From Euprymna scolopes (lineage: Eukaryota): a stretch of DNA of 64,000 nucleotides. This document shows positions 26,621-40,154 of the stretch, in pieces. A program made the position numbers and the translations under genes. How positions within the stretch are numbered: position 1 is the first letter of the stretch; every line of letters begins with the position of its first letter. The stretch is taken from NCBI GenBank assembly GCA_053919585.1, contig CM132818.1. The stretch is one strand, 5' to 3'. The notes below the pieces were generated by a model, which worked only from the letters and a program-made list of their open reading frames with translations, was not told where the DNA came from and searched no databases.

Positions 26621-29037
26621 GAGTACAAATAAAACAAGATTCTATCCAAACTTTCTAGACATCCTCTGGGTCTAGTTTTATCCAAAACTCGTAACAACTT
26701 AGATTATTGATACAATTTAAATTGAAAAATAACTTTGATCAATTTAAATTAATGTTTAAACAAAAAAAAACAAAAACAATTGGTACTCCCTTCCCTTCTC
26801 CCTGAATGTTATTCACATGATGTATGCAGATTGGTTTTCTTTTCTTGAGTCTTGTAAAGTTGATAGCATCATATTTTTCTCCACGTTCCATGCCTGTGTG
26901 ATTTCATTTGTAATGAAGTGTTATGAAAACTAATACCTATTGCCATAAGTCATCTATCAGATGTGAAGATAACATCTGTTAAGATCAGAAGTTTCTGTTC
27001 AACTAAGATTAATTGGTTAAAGTTTCTTTTAACATCAATCATTTGCCATTAAGTGTGTGCTTCAGACTACAAACTGGATTGTGTTCGTATCTCATAAATC
27101 TTTCATCTACTTAATTCTATGGTTCTTGACTTGTTTCAGATCCTGTACCACTAAGCTTACGTTTAAAAAATAAATGTTGTGGTCAATAGCATTTTTAATC
27201 AGGATAAATTGAGCATACATTGCAGATGTTTGGGCTTAAAAAAAACAGGATTTTTAAAATTAATTTTAAATATCCAACTAATATTCTGATCTTTAAATCT
27301 TTTTTTTTTTTATAACTGTAATGTTGTTGCAACAGTGTTGACCATCGCCAGATTGAGTTTGCTTATTCCTTGGCCTGTGCCATGTCCTGAACTACATCGA
27401 CCCACGCATGGCACTCCTGAATAAGGTTGCAAATTTGAATTACATGAATATTTATACATTATTTTACTGTAAAATATAAAATAGAAAACAAAATAAAAAT
27501 GAATTCATTCAATAAATGAAAGTTGATAAACTAGGAGGAGCGTGTGTGGCGAAAAGTCTCATTATTTAAAGAATTAGAGTTTAATCTCTGTACTGGCAGT
27601 ATATTTTCATTAGATCTTCAATCACAAGTAAATTTTAATGCTATAGAGTTGAGACCAGCTGTAGCAAAATGTTAATTTTTTTGAAAAAATAATTTTCAAT
27701 TATTTTTTCAAAAGTGCACCAATCTCTGTTTTGTTAAACATCTTATGGTCCATAAAGCAACAGTCTAGAACTGCTTTGTTTTTAGAATTTTTAAAGCTGT
27801 GTCAACTACTTTTCTTCATTTCGATGTTTGCCGCATTTACCCACATTCTTTGTCTCCTTTCATTCTTGTTTATCTGTCCATTGAATTATGTTAATTGATG
27901 TTTGCTGTATGCAATTTCTGGAGTCTGTCCAATTCACATGCTAATTTAAGCCTTTTTTTTTCTTTCACTTGGTTTACATTATCTCTGGCCAAAGTCAATG
28001 GTGGCATGTCCCTTGCTGATTGCCATAAATGATACATAAAAGCAACTGACTCCTTGTCATATGTAGATTAAATATTACACAACTACATTTTCATGAGTTC
28101 TTTCCTTTGACTTCTGAAAAAGATATTTCAAAACCAATGTAGATGCGGCTCCTCAATCAAGTCTATGGCAACCCATCTAAGAGAATGAAACTAATGCAAA
28201 ACCTGTGATTAAAGTGATTAGTATACCTTGGTATGTCGCCAGGTTATAATCATGGCAACTCTGAGGATGGTACTCACGTTGTACAAGTATTTATCACTAG
28301 AATCCAATTATGTATAAATTTGTCTGCAATCTCACCTGTCATCCAAATATATTAAAAGTTCTATGCTGATGAAAAGAGGATTACATGTCTAGATATAATC
28401 TATTAGGGACACAGTTACAATTCTGGCCGATATCAAACTATACAGATCTGAAACTGGTCTAAAAAGCCATCTATGAAATCAGACGAGGAAAGGATGACAG
28501 AAATGTGATGAGATGGCAATGACCTATGAAAATGCATCAAATGTTACGTATTAATTGATAACATATGCAATTGTTAGGATACATGATTACATTTGTGTAT
28601 TAATCTTAGATTTAGAAGCGTTTTTATATTTCAGATTTCAAGAGAATCTGATAGTTCTGAACTGTACAAATTATTTTTAATTCTTGGAGAGATTCTACTA
28701 AACAGCTTTTAAAGAATTACTCATCTGATATTTCAAGATGTTTAAGAAATAGTTTCAATTTGGTAAGTTATTTAGAGCATTTGCATTCAAAATTTAAATG
28801 ACACCTCCATGTTACGCAAAGTTTGCGTTAATGTAAGTACCCTGTGCCTTTTTCGGTGCATGGAACGGGATTTAAGATATCACAGTTCTATTGAAGCCCC
28901 CTTACCTTTGAGAATGCTACTGCAATCATATTGGCCCTGGCCTTATTTAATTGATGTCATGGGGTTAGATGCTGTGAGGAGCTACCACCTGCTAGTTACT
29001 AATTTAAAGATTCTTTTAATAAAAACAGTAAAAACAA

Positions 29038-29187
29038 NNNNNNNNNNNNNNNNNNNNNNNNNNNNNNNNNNNNNNNNNNNNNNNNNNNNNNNNNNNNNNN
29101 NNNNNNNNNNNNNNNNNNNNNNNNNNNNNNNNNNNNNNNNNNNNNNNNNNNNNNNNNNNNNNNNNNNNNNNNNNNNNNNNNNNNNNN
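29038..29187. other. Assembly gap (150 N), followed by (TG)n
   Basis: Run of N. Confidence 1.
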
Positions 29188-29199
29188 TTTTTCTGCTTT

Positions 29200-29233
<34 letters not shown>

Positions 29234-32200
29234 AGGGGGGTTCTCTTGAACTTCCTGTCTTTAATTTTAGATAAATTGTTTTAATCCCATTGATAGAAAT
29301 AGAATCCTTTTAATTGCTAGTTTTCATGTATATTTTAGACTAACAGCAGCCTCTATCTGTTCTCCCCTTGTTCATTGCCTGGAAATGGATTACCTCACTC
29401 CTTGTATTCTTGGCCTGAACCTCATATTACAAAACTGAAATTTTAATCAAAATTTGATCTTAGTATAGAGCTTTAATTTTAATTGCATCCTCAGACAAAC
29501 ACATGACAATTATAATATAGATTAGAACCATTCTAATTGAAAATGCTGTTAGATTAATTTTTTTCAATATTTTCGAACCCTATTAATGCTGTTGATTTAC
29601 TAATTTATTCTTGTTCCTGCAAAATCAATTAATTTCTAGAATATTTCTGCAGGAATATAATTAACATGTCTTTCATTTTTGGCAATTTTTAGGGTGGGGT
29701 TAAATATTTAATGTTTGCTTCTTGTTTGCTGCTGCTGCTTCTATGACTGTTGTTCAAAAATTACCCATATCTACAAAGATGTTATGGTGGATGTGTGTTG
29801 TAAAATCGTTTGAACTGAAACTAAACTTGGCAGGTAAAGCTGATTCTCTTATTTAGGCCTGATTCAGTCAGAGAAAATCAATTGCCCTAGTTACGTCAGT
29901 TTAGTGCATTGCAACCACCCCCACATATGCACACATTTGTTGAACCGATCCAGTTCGCCGAGGATTTTCTTTTTCTACTTCTTGAGACAGCAACATCATA
30001 GACAACATACTTGCATATACATGTTTGTTACACATGTTACATGCACACAGGCTGATGCATACAGATGTGCTTGTGCTTTTATACACATGCCAGAATAATA
30101 CGAATAATATTGTATGATATTCCATAAGAGAAATGTTTTTTTTCTTTTTCTATATAACTTTTTTCCTTGATAAAACAAGATTCTTCTCCATTATTATATG
30201 ATTCATAAAGCTCTTTTTTATGATCATGTAGTTTGAGATGACTGCAGTACCATATCTATAGCTGTAAATATTCCAGCACCAAGATATAACAGATAGCACA
30301 GTTGATGGTAGTATTAATGCTATTGCTATACGGATGGTTGTTCAAGGGGTGGGGAGGTTTCACAAAGATTTGATTCTGGCTTCCCCACCCCAGCTGAAAA
30401 CAAAATCTTGCTCCTGCAACAAAAAATTGCTGCTTACAGATTCCAACTCCCTACCTAATTAGAGTGCATTATTGACTTAATGGATCATTTTGTGAATATG
30501 GAATTGGCTATGCAAAGTTAAAATATCAGATCTGTTTTCAGTTGCATATTAATATCTTTTGGAAAGGTATGAATTTTTCCCTGACCCTCTCGGCATTCCT
30601 GATTCACTATTCAGGGTTTGGTGGTATTGCTTTGGCGTTCTCCGCTTTAGTTGTTCGTGTTGAATGCAATAATTACAGGAGACATTTATTCTCTGCAACT
30701 GAAATGTTGAAACTCTGATTTGAAGGAGAAAAGAATCCAGATTTGGTGAATCACAAAGGAATACTTGTATTGGCTATGTTGTTCACTTGTGGACCTTAGA
30801 GGTCAATCAAGTCCTCCCTGATGCTTGTCGCCTATGTCTTCAACTTTTCACCAATATGCTTGCGCCACCTAGACTGAAAGATAGGGGGGATTAATTATCA
30901 AATTATTTTACTCCTGACTAGTTGCATGTCTGAATAATTGAAAATGTCGCTATAATAAAACAGACAGCAAAAATTTTAACTTAAGGCATTAACAGAAATA
31001 GCAGTTGATGCACAAGCAATACATGATACAATATAGATGTACATGATAATAATGCAGCAAAGATGATGTCAGCTAAGATGCAAGACCTAGATACAGCAAA
31101 GATGTCAGGTAAGATGCAGGAACTAGAATGAAAAACATCAAACTGCAACTTGTGTTTAACAAATTGTATACAAAAGTGATCTGTGAAAATAGGTATTGTG
31201 ACAGCATTAAATTACCCAATGGGGAGTTAGTATGTCCTTAAAAATAACTTTTAAATATATTTTGGCATATAACACCCATAACTTTAATTCTGTTTATATG
31301 CTCACATTCAAAGTTCAACCAAATGTATCAAGTTGTATAAGTATCTATATTGAGTGGAATCTCGGCCACAAATATGCAAGGAAAATAATTGGAGCATTAA
31401 TTATTTTTATTGATCAATATCATCTTATAGAATGACATAAGTTGTGAGAGGAATAATAATATGGTTTGAGTTGTAAGTTTTATGTGTATTAGGTATGAGT
31501 TCACTACTTTCAGGTCCATTCTAACCTGGAATGACAGTGCCTTTCAGATTCTTATTTATGGTTCAAATAGGATCTATAATTTACAGGTTATTTTTTCCGA
31601 AGATATGCATGTCTACAAAACAAACCATTTGTATAGAAAACGTGCAGTTTCAGCATAAAATAACCAACCATAATGTCTGTTTGATGGCAAACCAACTTTT
31701 ATTTTAGTATTATTTAGCATAGAAAGTCTATACCTTTTGAAAACTATACACCAATAGTTGATAGGATAAATAAATAATATAACATTTTTTATTCTTGTTA
31801 TTGCATTACTTAACATATCCAATGACAAAAATAACATATTTCTAATACTTTTCAGGCTTAGTCTATTATTGTTGTGGGGGTGTTTTCACTCTACAATACA
31901 ACTGATTCAGTGAACACAAGTTGCTATCTTACCCATAGCTGGAAAGAGGGAATTGCCAATCGATACCTTTTCCAATGCTATTGAAGTATAAGTAACTCCA
32001 GTAAATTTGATAGGATTTGAACTTTGCATAGCTAATTTTTTGGGCCGCATAAATAGCAATAATGAACACATTTTATATTGTTTTTATTCTAAGTAAATTA
32101 TGTAAGATTTTGTTAAAGGATTAGGGTTGATTGTTGTTGCAGGTGTTTTGCGGATTATTATTTTGTTTCGGGTCTGTAGGTAACAAAAGTGTTTTGTCTT

Positions 32201-33799
32201 CAAGAATGAAAGAATAACTTATTTTGTCTTACTGTTTAACTTTAGCTATGAGATCGTATCCCCTGTAATTTAAGCAGACTGATCTACGTCTCATAAAAGC
32301 AAAACATAATATCAAAGCATATCATTTTACACTGCCTCATCCTTATCACCCCTCCTCCTCCCTAAGAGCTTCAACTTTTCTTGTCCATCTTTTTTACTGT
32401 AGGCAAGTTGACAAGCATTCTCACAAAAATGTCATCTTGTTCTAAATAGATGAATGCCTTTCTGTGATGCCTTTATGTTTGTGTAGCATTTATTTTGGTT
32501 TTTAACTATTCCATTCTCATCAGGAAGAAATCCAATTAGTAATTATATATCTACTCAGCATTGTCCAGCATGCAGTGAAGTGATGTATTTGTTTGCAGGT
32601 TTTTGATTTTTAATTTATGTAGAAACAAAATTTGGTTATTTTTCTATAAAAAAAATGAGTTTCCCATTTAACCTTTTAGATAATAATTGAAAAAATAATT
32701 TACTTACATAAACTATAGTAAATTACATTGTTATATTTGTGCTGTGCGTAAAAGAATGAGACAAACACTGATGTATAAAAATATTTTTTATTGACGGTGA
32801 ACGATTGCGAGTTAATGAGGAAGGAGGATGCGCATATAGGAATTGATGCAGTAATTTTCTTAGAGCTGATCACTAGCTGACTAATCTCAATTTCAGTTTA
32901 GTTTATATAATTGTGCCATCCGTACGTCTACTTGCAAACACTCATTTTGGGATTTCATTTTCGCTGTCAATGTAGCCACATCCTTAGGGCATTTATTTAG
33001 CGACGGGGTATTTCCGTTTGCAGCTAACTTTTTGTATAGCATAATGTTTGTAGATGGTTTTAGATCAATCAACAATTATTTTATTTCTGACAACCGACCG
33101 TGTTTGTTTCCTCCAGCCTTTTGCATGCCTGTCAAGTTTATTTTATTCCTGCTGAGTAACATTTCCCATACACCCACCCTGAATATTCAACAGTTATAGT
33201 GTCAATAACATGGTACAGCAATAACAAATGAAAATTAACTAGTTAATGGTTTAATGTCAGCTTAAATGTTACTTTGGTCCAATGTTAAAAATATCACAAA
33301 AATACAGTGATTGCTTACTGGCAACAACAAGTATTGTTCCATGGAATCTGAGTGACAAATCTCCTCAGGCTCCAGAATTCTCTGCCTCTTTCAGTAACTG
33401 TTAAAAATAATATTGCATTATTACATCAGCCGTTTATCATTGATTTCCCACTGATAATAACCATTGGCTTTCTTTGGAATTTGAGTGGTGATAAGCATCT
33501 GCAAAGATTGAGATTTCTGGTAACTTCAGTTTCCTTGGATCATTAGTGTTGTGTTCTTTGTTTTAAATTAACTGTAGTTGGTTGTTTTGCTGATTATATG
33601 GAATGGTTTCTGCACTTAATGAATTTACTTAATATTTATATATTAATATGACAGCATGTGTATTATTTTCTGTGTCATGCTTACATCCGAGTCATTTAAT
33701 TGTTATGAACTTCTATCTCTTGTAATGAATAATTTTACTAAGAATTCATAAGTTTTGGTTTCAGTTTCGATGATAGCTTGATAGCACTGAATTTATATA

Positions 33800-33849
<50 letters not shown>

Positions 33850-34175
33850 TGCACACACATTTTTTTTCATACGTTTTTGTTTCACTTTCAATTAAAGCTG
33901 ATGCACCAAAGTCATATGGATATATATTTTTTTGGAAATTGCAACTTTTATAACATATGAAAATCGATAGAACATTAACTCTATAATAATATATACTAAA
34001 TCTGCAAGAATTAAAATATCATATTTAAGCGTACTTTACTACCCGGGTGTCTCTGCTAGCTTAGATAAATACTTTTGCAGTTTTAACAAAAGAGTTACAA
34101 TAATATCAGAGTGACACTATTTGCACTGAACATCTACAGAATGCCAACATCAATGTATTACATATGAATGAGTCC

Positions 34176-34203
34176 CCTGTGGAATATCCACAGGTCCCGC
34201 TAG
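34176..34203 (+). mobile_element. Helitron-like 3' terminus
   Basis: Perfect 8-bp hairpin CCTGTGGA-ata-TCCACAGG, then CTAG at 34200-34203 followed by T. Similar ends at ~3660-3690, ~10427-10455, ~34040-34060 and, reversed, at ~42551 and ~43490. Confidence 0.65.
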
Positions 34204-34394
34204 TTTTATATTACTTTGATCGGTGCCAAGTGTTATATAATGTTAATCATACCTTTGATTCTAATTTCTCCTAGTCTTTTTTCCAATTTATCAAAACTAC
34301 TTGGCTCTTTGTTGCTATTAATCTCAAATTGATTCTAATTCAGAGTGGTCTTGTTGGTATTCCTGGTGTTGTAGCATTTAATAAAATAACTAAC

Positions 34395-34555
34395 TGTAAC
34401 CACCTCCGATGATAGGATGCTAGTCTGTTTCAGCTAAATTTCCCAACAAGGCTGGTACTCTGTTTGGTGTAGTGCTTGCTTACATCTTTTATTTCCTAAT
34501 GGTCACCCAACTAAGTACTGATCAGGATCAATGTTAGTGATCGAGTGGAAGTACC
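34395..34555 (-). mobile_element. Degenerate 5S-rRNA-derived SINE fragment
   Basis: 34491-34552 'ttcctaatggtcacccaactaagtactgatcagg...gtgatcgagtggaa' matches the reverse complement of the 5S rRNA body with a deletion; non-5S tail adjacent. Confidence 0.6.
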
Positions 34556-34874
34556 TGTTGCTCCATTTATGAGTCAAATAGAAAAAGGTCTGGGTATCAC
34601 ATTAAACTGCTTTTGGCGAGACATGCATCACAGATAATGCATTAAAGCAAACCCTAATAAATATATTGTAAGATACTAAAAAATTTAAGTAAAAACAATT
34701 ACCAAAATCGCTGGATTCCCTATTAAATGACTTGATATGATGTAAAACAACCCTACAAAATGAACTCTTTTTTCCCATTCTGACAACGATTAAAGAAATG
34801 TTACTTTCTAATAACTATAGACATTCTTGGTAATGTTTTTGTGTAAATAACAGTAGATAAACTATCTATATAAC

Positions 34875-34905
<31 letters not shown>

Positions 34906-34910
<5 letters not shown>

Positions 34911-35077
34911 ATAAATGACAAAGTTATATTCCAAAATTCATGATGTTGACCATCTTATAATTTATTCCTTTAGTTCAGTTGACTTATACAATTCTTGACA
35001 GTCAACTGAATTAAAGGAATAAATAAGATGGTCAACATCATGAATTTTGGAATATAACTTTTTGTCATTTATTCTCT
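34906..35077. repeat. Near-perfect palindrome (~77-bp arms, 17-nt loop), probable MITE
   Basis: 34906-34983 vs 35001-35077: one mismatch and two small indels; TA-rich flanks. Confidence 0.9.
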
Positions 35078-35440
35078 ATATTGCTCTGTAATTACATTGA
35101 GCTTCTTAAATAAGGATTGATACATAATAAGAAAATATATTTCTACAGAAATATATATATATATATGTGTGTGTGTATGTGTAATATTTTGTTCAATCTT
35201 ATACAATTTCATTATTTTATAGATAAAATATGTATTGTGATATTATAAATTTTCTCTTAAATAACCTCAACAAATTTGTATTCTGATGCGACAAGTGTTG
35301 GAGCACTGCAGTAAATCCTGTTGTCTGAAGACTCCACATTAAAAGATGTAGAGAGGGTGTAGGAGTGTACCACTTGTGGAGAGGAGAGGGGTTAACCACA
35401 TCGCTGTTGTTACCGCTGCTGCTTCTGTTGAATTTTCCAG

Positions 35441-35575
35441 CTGTCTGGCGGAGCCATCGAAAAATAGTTGGCAAAGACTCGTGCTACATTAACAGTGACC
35501 ATGGCAACTTTGATGCTGCTATTGTTGCTGCTAACACAACTTTCAAATGCAGTTCTCTCTCTCTTAACCATCTAG
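35441..35575 (+). CDS. Candidate 135-nt phase-1/phase-1 exon VWRSHRKIVGKDSCYINSDHGNFDAAIVAANTTFKCSSLSLNHL
   Basis: aattttccAG acceptor, AG|GTCAGG donor, open frame, GC-elevated island. Confidence 0.3.
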
Positions 35576-35599
35576 GTCAGGCCACATGATGATGATAGG

Positions 35600-35669
35600 C
35601 TATGCGCGCACACACACACACTTGCTCTGTCTATATCTATCTGTACTTATATTTACCTCTCTCTATTTA

Positions 35670-35708
<39 letters not shown>

Positions 35709-36045
35709 CTCTTGCTCTTTCTTTCTCTTTTTCTTACTGTGTCTTTCTCTATGTGTGTCTCTCTTTCTGTGTGTGTGTGTGTGTGTGTGTCTCTCTCTCT
35801 CTGTCTTTCTCTCTGTGTGTGTCTCTCTCTGTCTTCCTCTGTGTGTGTGCGTCTCTCTCTGTCTTTTTTTTTTGTGTATGTGTGTGTGTGTGTGTGCGCC
35901 TCTGTCTTTCTTTCTGTGTATCTCTCTCTGTCTTTCTTTATATGTGTGTCTATGTCTATATGTATGTGCCTCTCTCTCTGTGTATCTCTGTCTGTAGATT
36001 TCTATCTTTGTCTCTGTAGCTCTCTATCTTTCTCTCTGTGGCTCT

Positions 36046-36094
<49 letters not shown>

Positions 36095-36125
36095 GTATGT
36101 GTGTGTTTTTCTCTCTGTCTCTAAT
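35600..36125. repeat. Compound microsatellite (CA/TA/CT/GT)
   Basis: Direct reading. Other microsatellites at ~2641-2696, 33795-33860, 34875-34910, 50546-50586, 50950-50990 (AAT), 51431-51460 and 58051-58094. Confidence 0.95.
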
Positions 36126-38938
36126 TGGTTAGGTGACTTGTATACAATCCTCTGATTAATTCATTGCATATAATTTTCCATATACATTTTCTTATTGATT
36201 ATTGTTCCATTCTGAAGACATTGAATGAACATTGCCTTCATTCTATGGAGTTCCACTTATATATAAAAAAAATCTATTGAAGAATCAGGTTGTCGATGAA
36301 TTATGAATAGAAAAAAAAAAGTAATGTGTTAACACAATGACATAAAAGATGGTTAAAAATGATAAAAAGAAAACAATTTGACAATCATTTCACAAGAATG
36401 AAACTTTCGAATTACAAAGTAAAATTCGTAGATCTTTCTTTTTCGCTCAAGACATCCATATTTTCATTTATTCTATTTTTTAGAATTTGCTCTTTATTAC
36501 GAGATTAGCATCGTTCATGTGATGCACTCATTTCCATACAAAGATATAATGTAAGTGGTTGATGACCTGAACAGAAAATTTTCATGTGCCAAGTTCGAAT
36601 CCAATTTGTTCCACAGAAACACTTTCATCAAACTCATACTTGACCTTGTGTCTCACCTCTTGGAAAGGAGGTAAATGAAATAACTAGGTTATTTCTTTTT
36701 TTTTTGTTGTTGTTTTTTTTTTTTAATGTGTAGTCATCTACAGGCAACTGTTTTGCTGTATCATGGCTACAGTGTAGTAAGACTAGATTTGAAACTAACT
36801 AATATCTTAGTCAGTAGTCTGGATATATTGCCCCTACTCTTTTAGGCTTCCCACAAAATTAAGAGAATTTATTTGTTTACATTACCAACCACCAGGGAGC
36901 TCTACTTTACAAAGAGCAATGTATCTTGTATACTTAGGTAGCACTCAATCTGTCAAGCATATTCTGTTGAATTTGAAATCTTGTGTCAATTAGATCTACT
37001 GGTCTCGCTTGCTAAAATTTGAACAAGCTTTTATAAGTCAGAGTGTAAAATAAAAATACACCCCCCTCCCAAGTCAGATTGAAGATTATTCTGTATTTCT
37101 TTATAAGTATGTTTTACATTTTTTCCTGAATAATTAAAAATTAGTCCAAAGTTTGAGAAATTAAATTTGGTAGTATTTTGAAAAGAATGATCAACACATG
37201 TAATAATACACCGAATATTTATGATCAACAAAATCTGTAGAAAGATGAGCATGCTATATGTTGGATATTGGGTATTATCTTGCTCAACTTCATTATCAAT
37301 GATGCCATTACCATTCATCAATGATAAAGAGTGGCATTAATTGCTGACAAGCTTTGTGAGTTTAAAGATCTTTATGGCATGAACGAGCTTGCCAAGGTGT
37401 AAAACAAACTGACATTTTGTGGTCAGCGAAAAAGTGTTGGCTCTACACACTTCACCAGGACTTGAAAATCGCCATTATACACCTTGATCAGGCACATGAT
37501 CAAAAGAAATAAATGAATAAAATCTGATATAATGCAGGACCACACAACAAAGAAAAAATATCAAAAATATCTGAGAAACATAAATGAAACAAATATATTT
37601 ATATTTTTAGATTTTATTTTTTATTCGTTGGAAAATATGTAATGTTTGTTAAAAAGAAAATTTTCATTGTGTTGAAATTTAGTTTCAAGTTCAACCATGA
37701 TGGAAGTCTTCATTAAATATCAAATTATATTAATATTTTTTGTGAATGCAGGAAAATATTCTGAGTTATTCAGATTTAAGAAGACTAAAGAATGGTGTGC
37801 GTGCCAGCCAAAGTACTCACTACACCAGATTTCTCTAGTTGTCCTGTTTTGTATTTCAACTCGACTGCAAGTAATCCTATTACTTTGAGTGTAACCGAAA
37901 CAATTACAATGATTTAATCTAACCATGTCTGTTAATAAGATGTTACAGAATTCAATCTAGTAACATAAAATCCAAGCAAGGATCGATGGAGTAGCCTTTT
38001 TATGTTAAAGCTAATTATCTTGTTTAAGTTTATTTTTGGAACAAGGTTCCACTTGGATGTGTGCACATATTAGTGTGTGTGTGTGATTATTTGTAAGGCA
38101 TTTGAATCTTAACATGTTTGATTGATTGATCAGCTCTTGATCTTGTTCTCAATCTGAATCCTTCTGCCAAACAAATCTGGGTCACTTGAAAGTTAGCGTT
38201 TTATTTGACTCAAACCCATTCTATTGTATTTGTCTATAAAGCTTGTTTACATCATCATAATTTTGTAATTTCAACTTTCTTTCTATTGACTAATAAATCG
38301 TTCAATTGTTTCAATCAATTTATCAAGTGAATTAAAGGTTCTTTTTAAAATATCTTTGGTGAAGGAGGAAGATGTTTAACACTTAATAAGACAATCAAAT
38401 TTTATTAATATATACAATTATTAAAATATTGGTGGCTTGTGTGGACTCCCAAAATATTTAATTAACTGATTTGACTCCGAACTTACACATAGAAATCAAA
38501 AATCAGTTGTGTTTTTTTAATCAATCTTCAAGTGGGATGTTTTCTTTTCCTAGCGGTCAATTTCATCGCTCTGTAGTTTAAAGTTAGAAATCAACTTTTG
38601 CAAGAGTTGGATATTTTAAAACCTACTCTAGAAAAAATAAATAAGATTTATCTTGGATACAAAAATATCCAGCAAAATTCAAATTTTTATATATATATTT
38701 CCTTATTTTGTTAAAACATAATAATTGTGTTCAAGAGGTTAATACATATTTTCCAAAATGATGGATTAACTCTACAAAGTATGCATATAGTTGCAAAAGT
38801 TTCTATGAAATATAATTTAATAACATTACTGAGTCACTCTGAAAATAAGCTAATTCTGATTATTTTTATTTATTTTTTAAGATTTTTTAGAATGACAACT
38901 TTATTCAGGAATAGCAGATTCTATTTTTGGACATATAA

Positions 38939-38971
<33 letters not shown>

Positions 38972-39479
38972 ACTTGTGGCTCAGAATTAATTTTTTTTTT
39001 TTTTTAATAAATATTAATTAAAGTTACAGTAGAACCCCGGGATACGGCATTAAAAATTAGTAACACAGTACAGTATATAATACACATGTATATAATCAAA
39101 TAACATTATAAATATCACTGTAAATACCATAATTAGGGGCTAGAAAAACATTGTATTCCACATCGTACCTTTTTTTTTCTTTTCTTTTTTTAAGAGTGCA
39201 ACAGAAAAGCCAACAAAAGTTTTATAGGTTTTAATATTATAGACAATAATTAAAAACTTGCTTTTATTCCTCACTTTTTCTTCTTTTTTTATTCCTAAAC
39301 GTTATGAGAACAAGAAATGAGCAGATGGTAGCGTAATTTAATGACACACTTACCTGTCTGCTATTAGATTACCAAATACATACATTCATTGTAAAGTAAC
39401 TTTATAGATCATCTTTCCTTTTTCTTTGAATTGAATATCTATCGTCAGATCTTTTCTCACTTTTTGTCATTTGTCTTCT

Positions 39480-39975
39480 ATCCAATGAGAACCCACAAAT
39501 CTAAAGAATGATTGCTTTGCACCTCGTTCTTAATTCTCTGCCTCGATTACATGCATCACACGGTGTCTCAGTTTGCCACTTTGCTACAGGCTAGCAGCTA
39601 ATCTCCTCCTGCCTGGGTTTCTTGTGTATAGTCTTCATGGTTGCGAGAATTTCCAGTTGACATTTCTTGAATTAGTTGGAATATTATCCAAAGGTATTAA
39701 TTATAATGCCACTACTTGGATTTTGTCCTTCTAACGTCTGAATCAGTGCCTGCATATTGGAGGAAATCAGAGTATTAAGATCTGAAACCTCTTGGCCAGA
39801 TCAGTGTCACATTGACTGACGGAATGACTGTGCATACATTGTGATATGTCAAGCTTCACTTCTTTCACTGGGATTATTACAAAGTCTGAGTTTCAATGAC
39901 TTGTTTGTTCTGATGAACATTTTTGTCAGCATTATTTCTTTATTCTTTTTTGCCTCAAACTAAGCATTTATTGAG
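39480..39975 (+). promoter_or_regulatory. Putative internal promoter and non-coding first exon for the 40067 isoform
   Basis: CCAAT at 39482, Inr-like TCAGTT at 39568-39573, GC-elevated stretch, GAG|GTATAA donor at 39976 with acceptors at 40044 or 40060. Confidence 0.35.
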
Positions 39976-40066
39976 GTATAAAGAGAAGACTCATTGCATA
40001 TTTATATATATATATATAAATATATTGCATATATTCACTTATAGACTCGTGTATTGTCAGACAAAA

Positions 40067-40154
40067 ATGGCTTCAGAAACATCAGAAATTTTTAAAACCG
40101 AAGTTGTTATATCTTCACCAGCTTTAATAGACTTGAACTGGGTCAAAGAGCAAG
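40067..40154 (+). CDS. Short alternative first coding exon MASETSEIFKTEVVISSPALIDLNWVKEQ, phase 1; resembles RTN1-C/RTN4-C-type short N-termini
   Basis: AAAAATGG start; CAAG|GTATGA donor at 40155; 88 nt = 29 codons + 1. NWVKEQ| parallels vertebrate RTN1-C NWKSQ| and RTN4-C NWKDK| before the RHD. Confidence 0.7.

Noticed and set aside
28809-29249. 146-aa ORF (and ORFs across 45589-45904)
   Set aside because: Artefacts of spanning N gaps.
35586-36155. ORFs of 189, 131 and 88 aa
   Set aside because: Translation of dinucleotide microsatellites, which lack stop codons.
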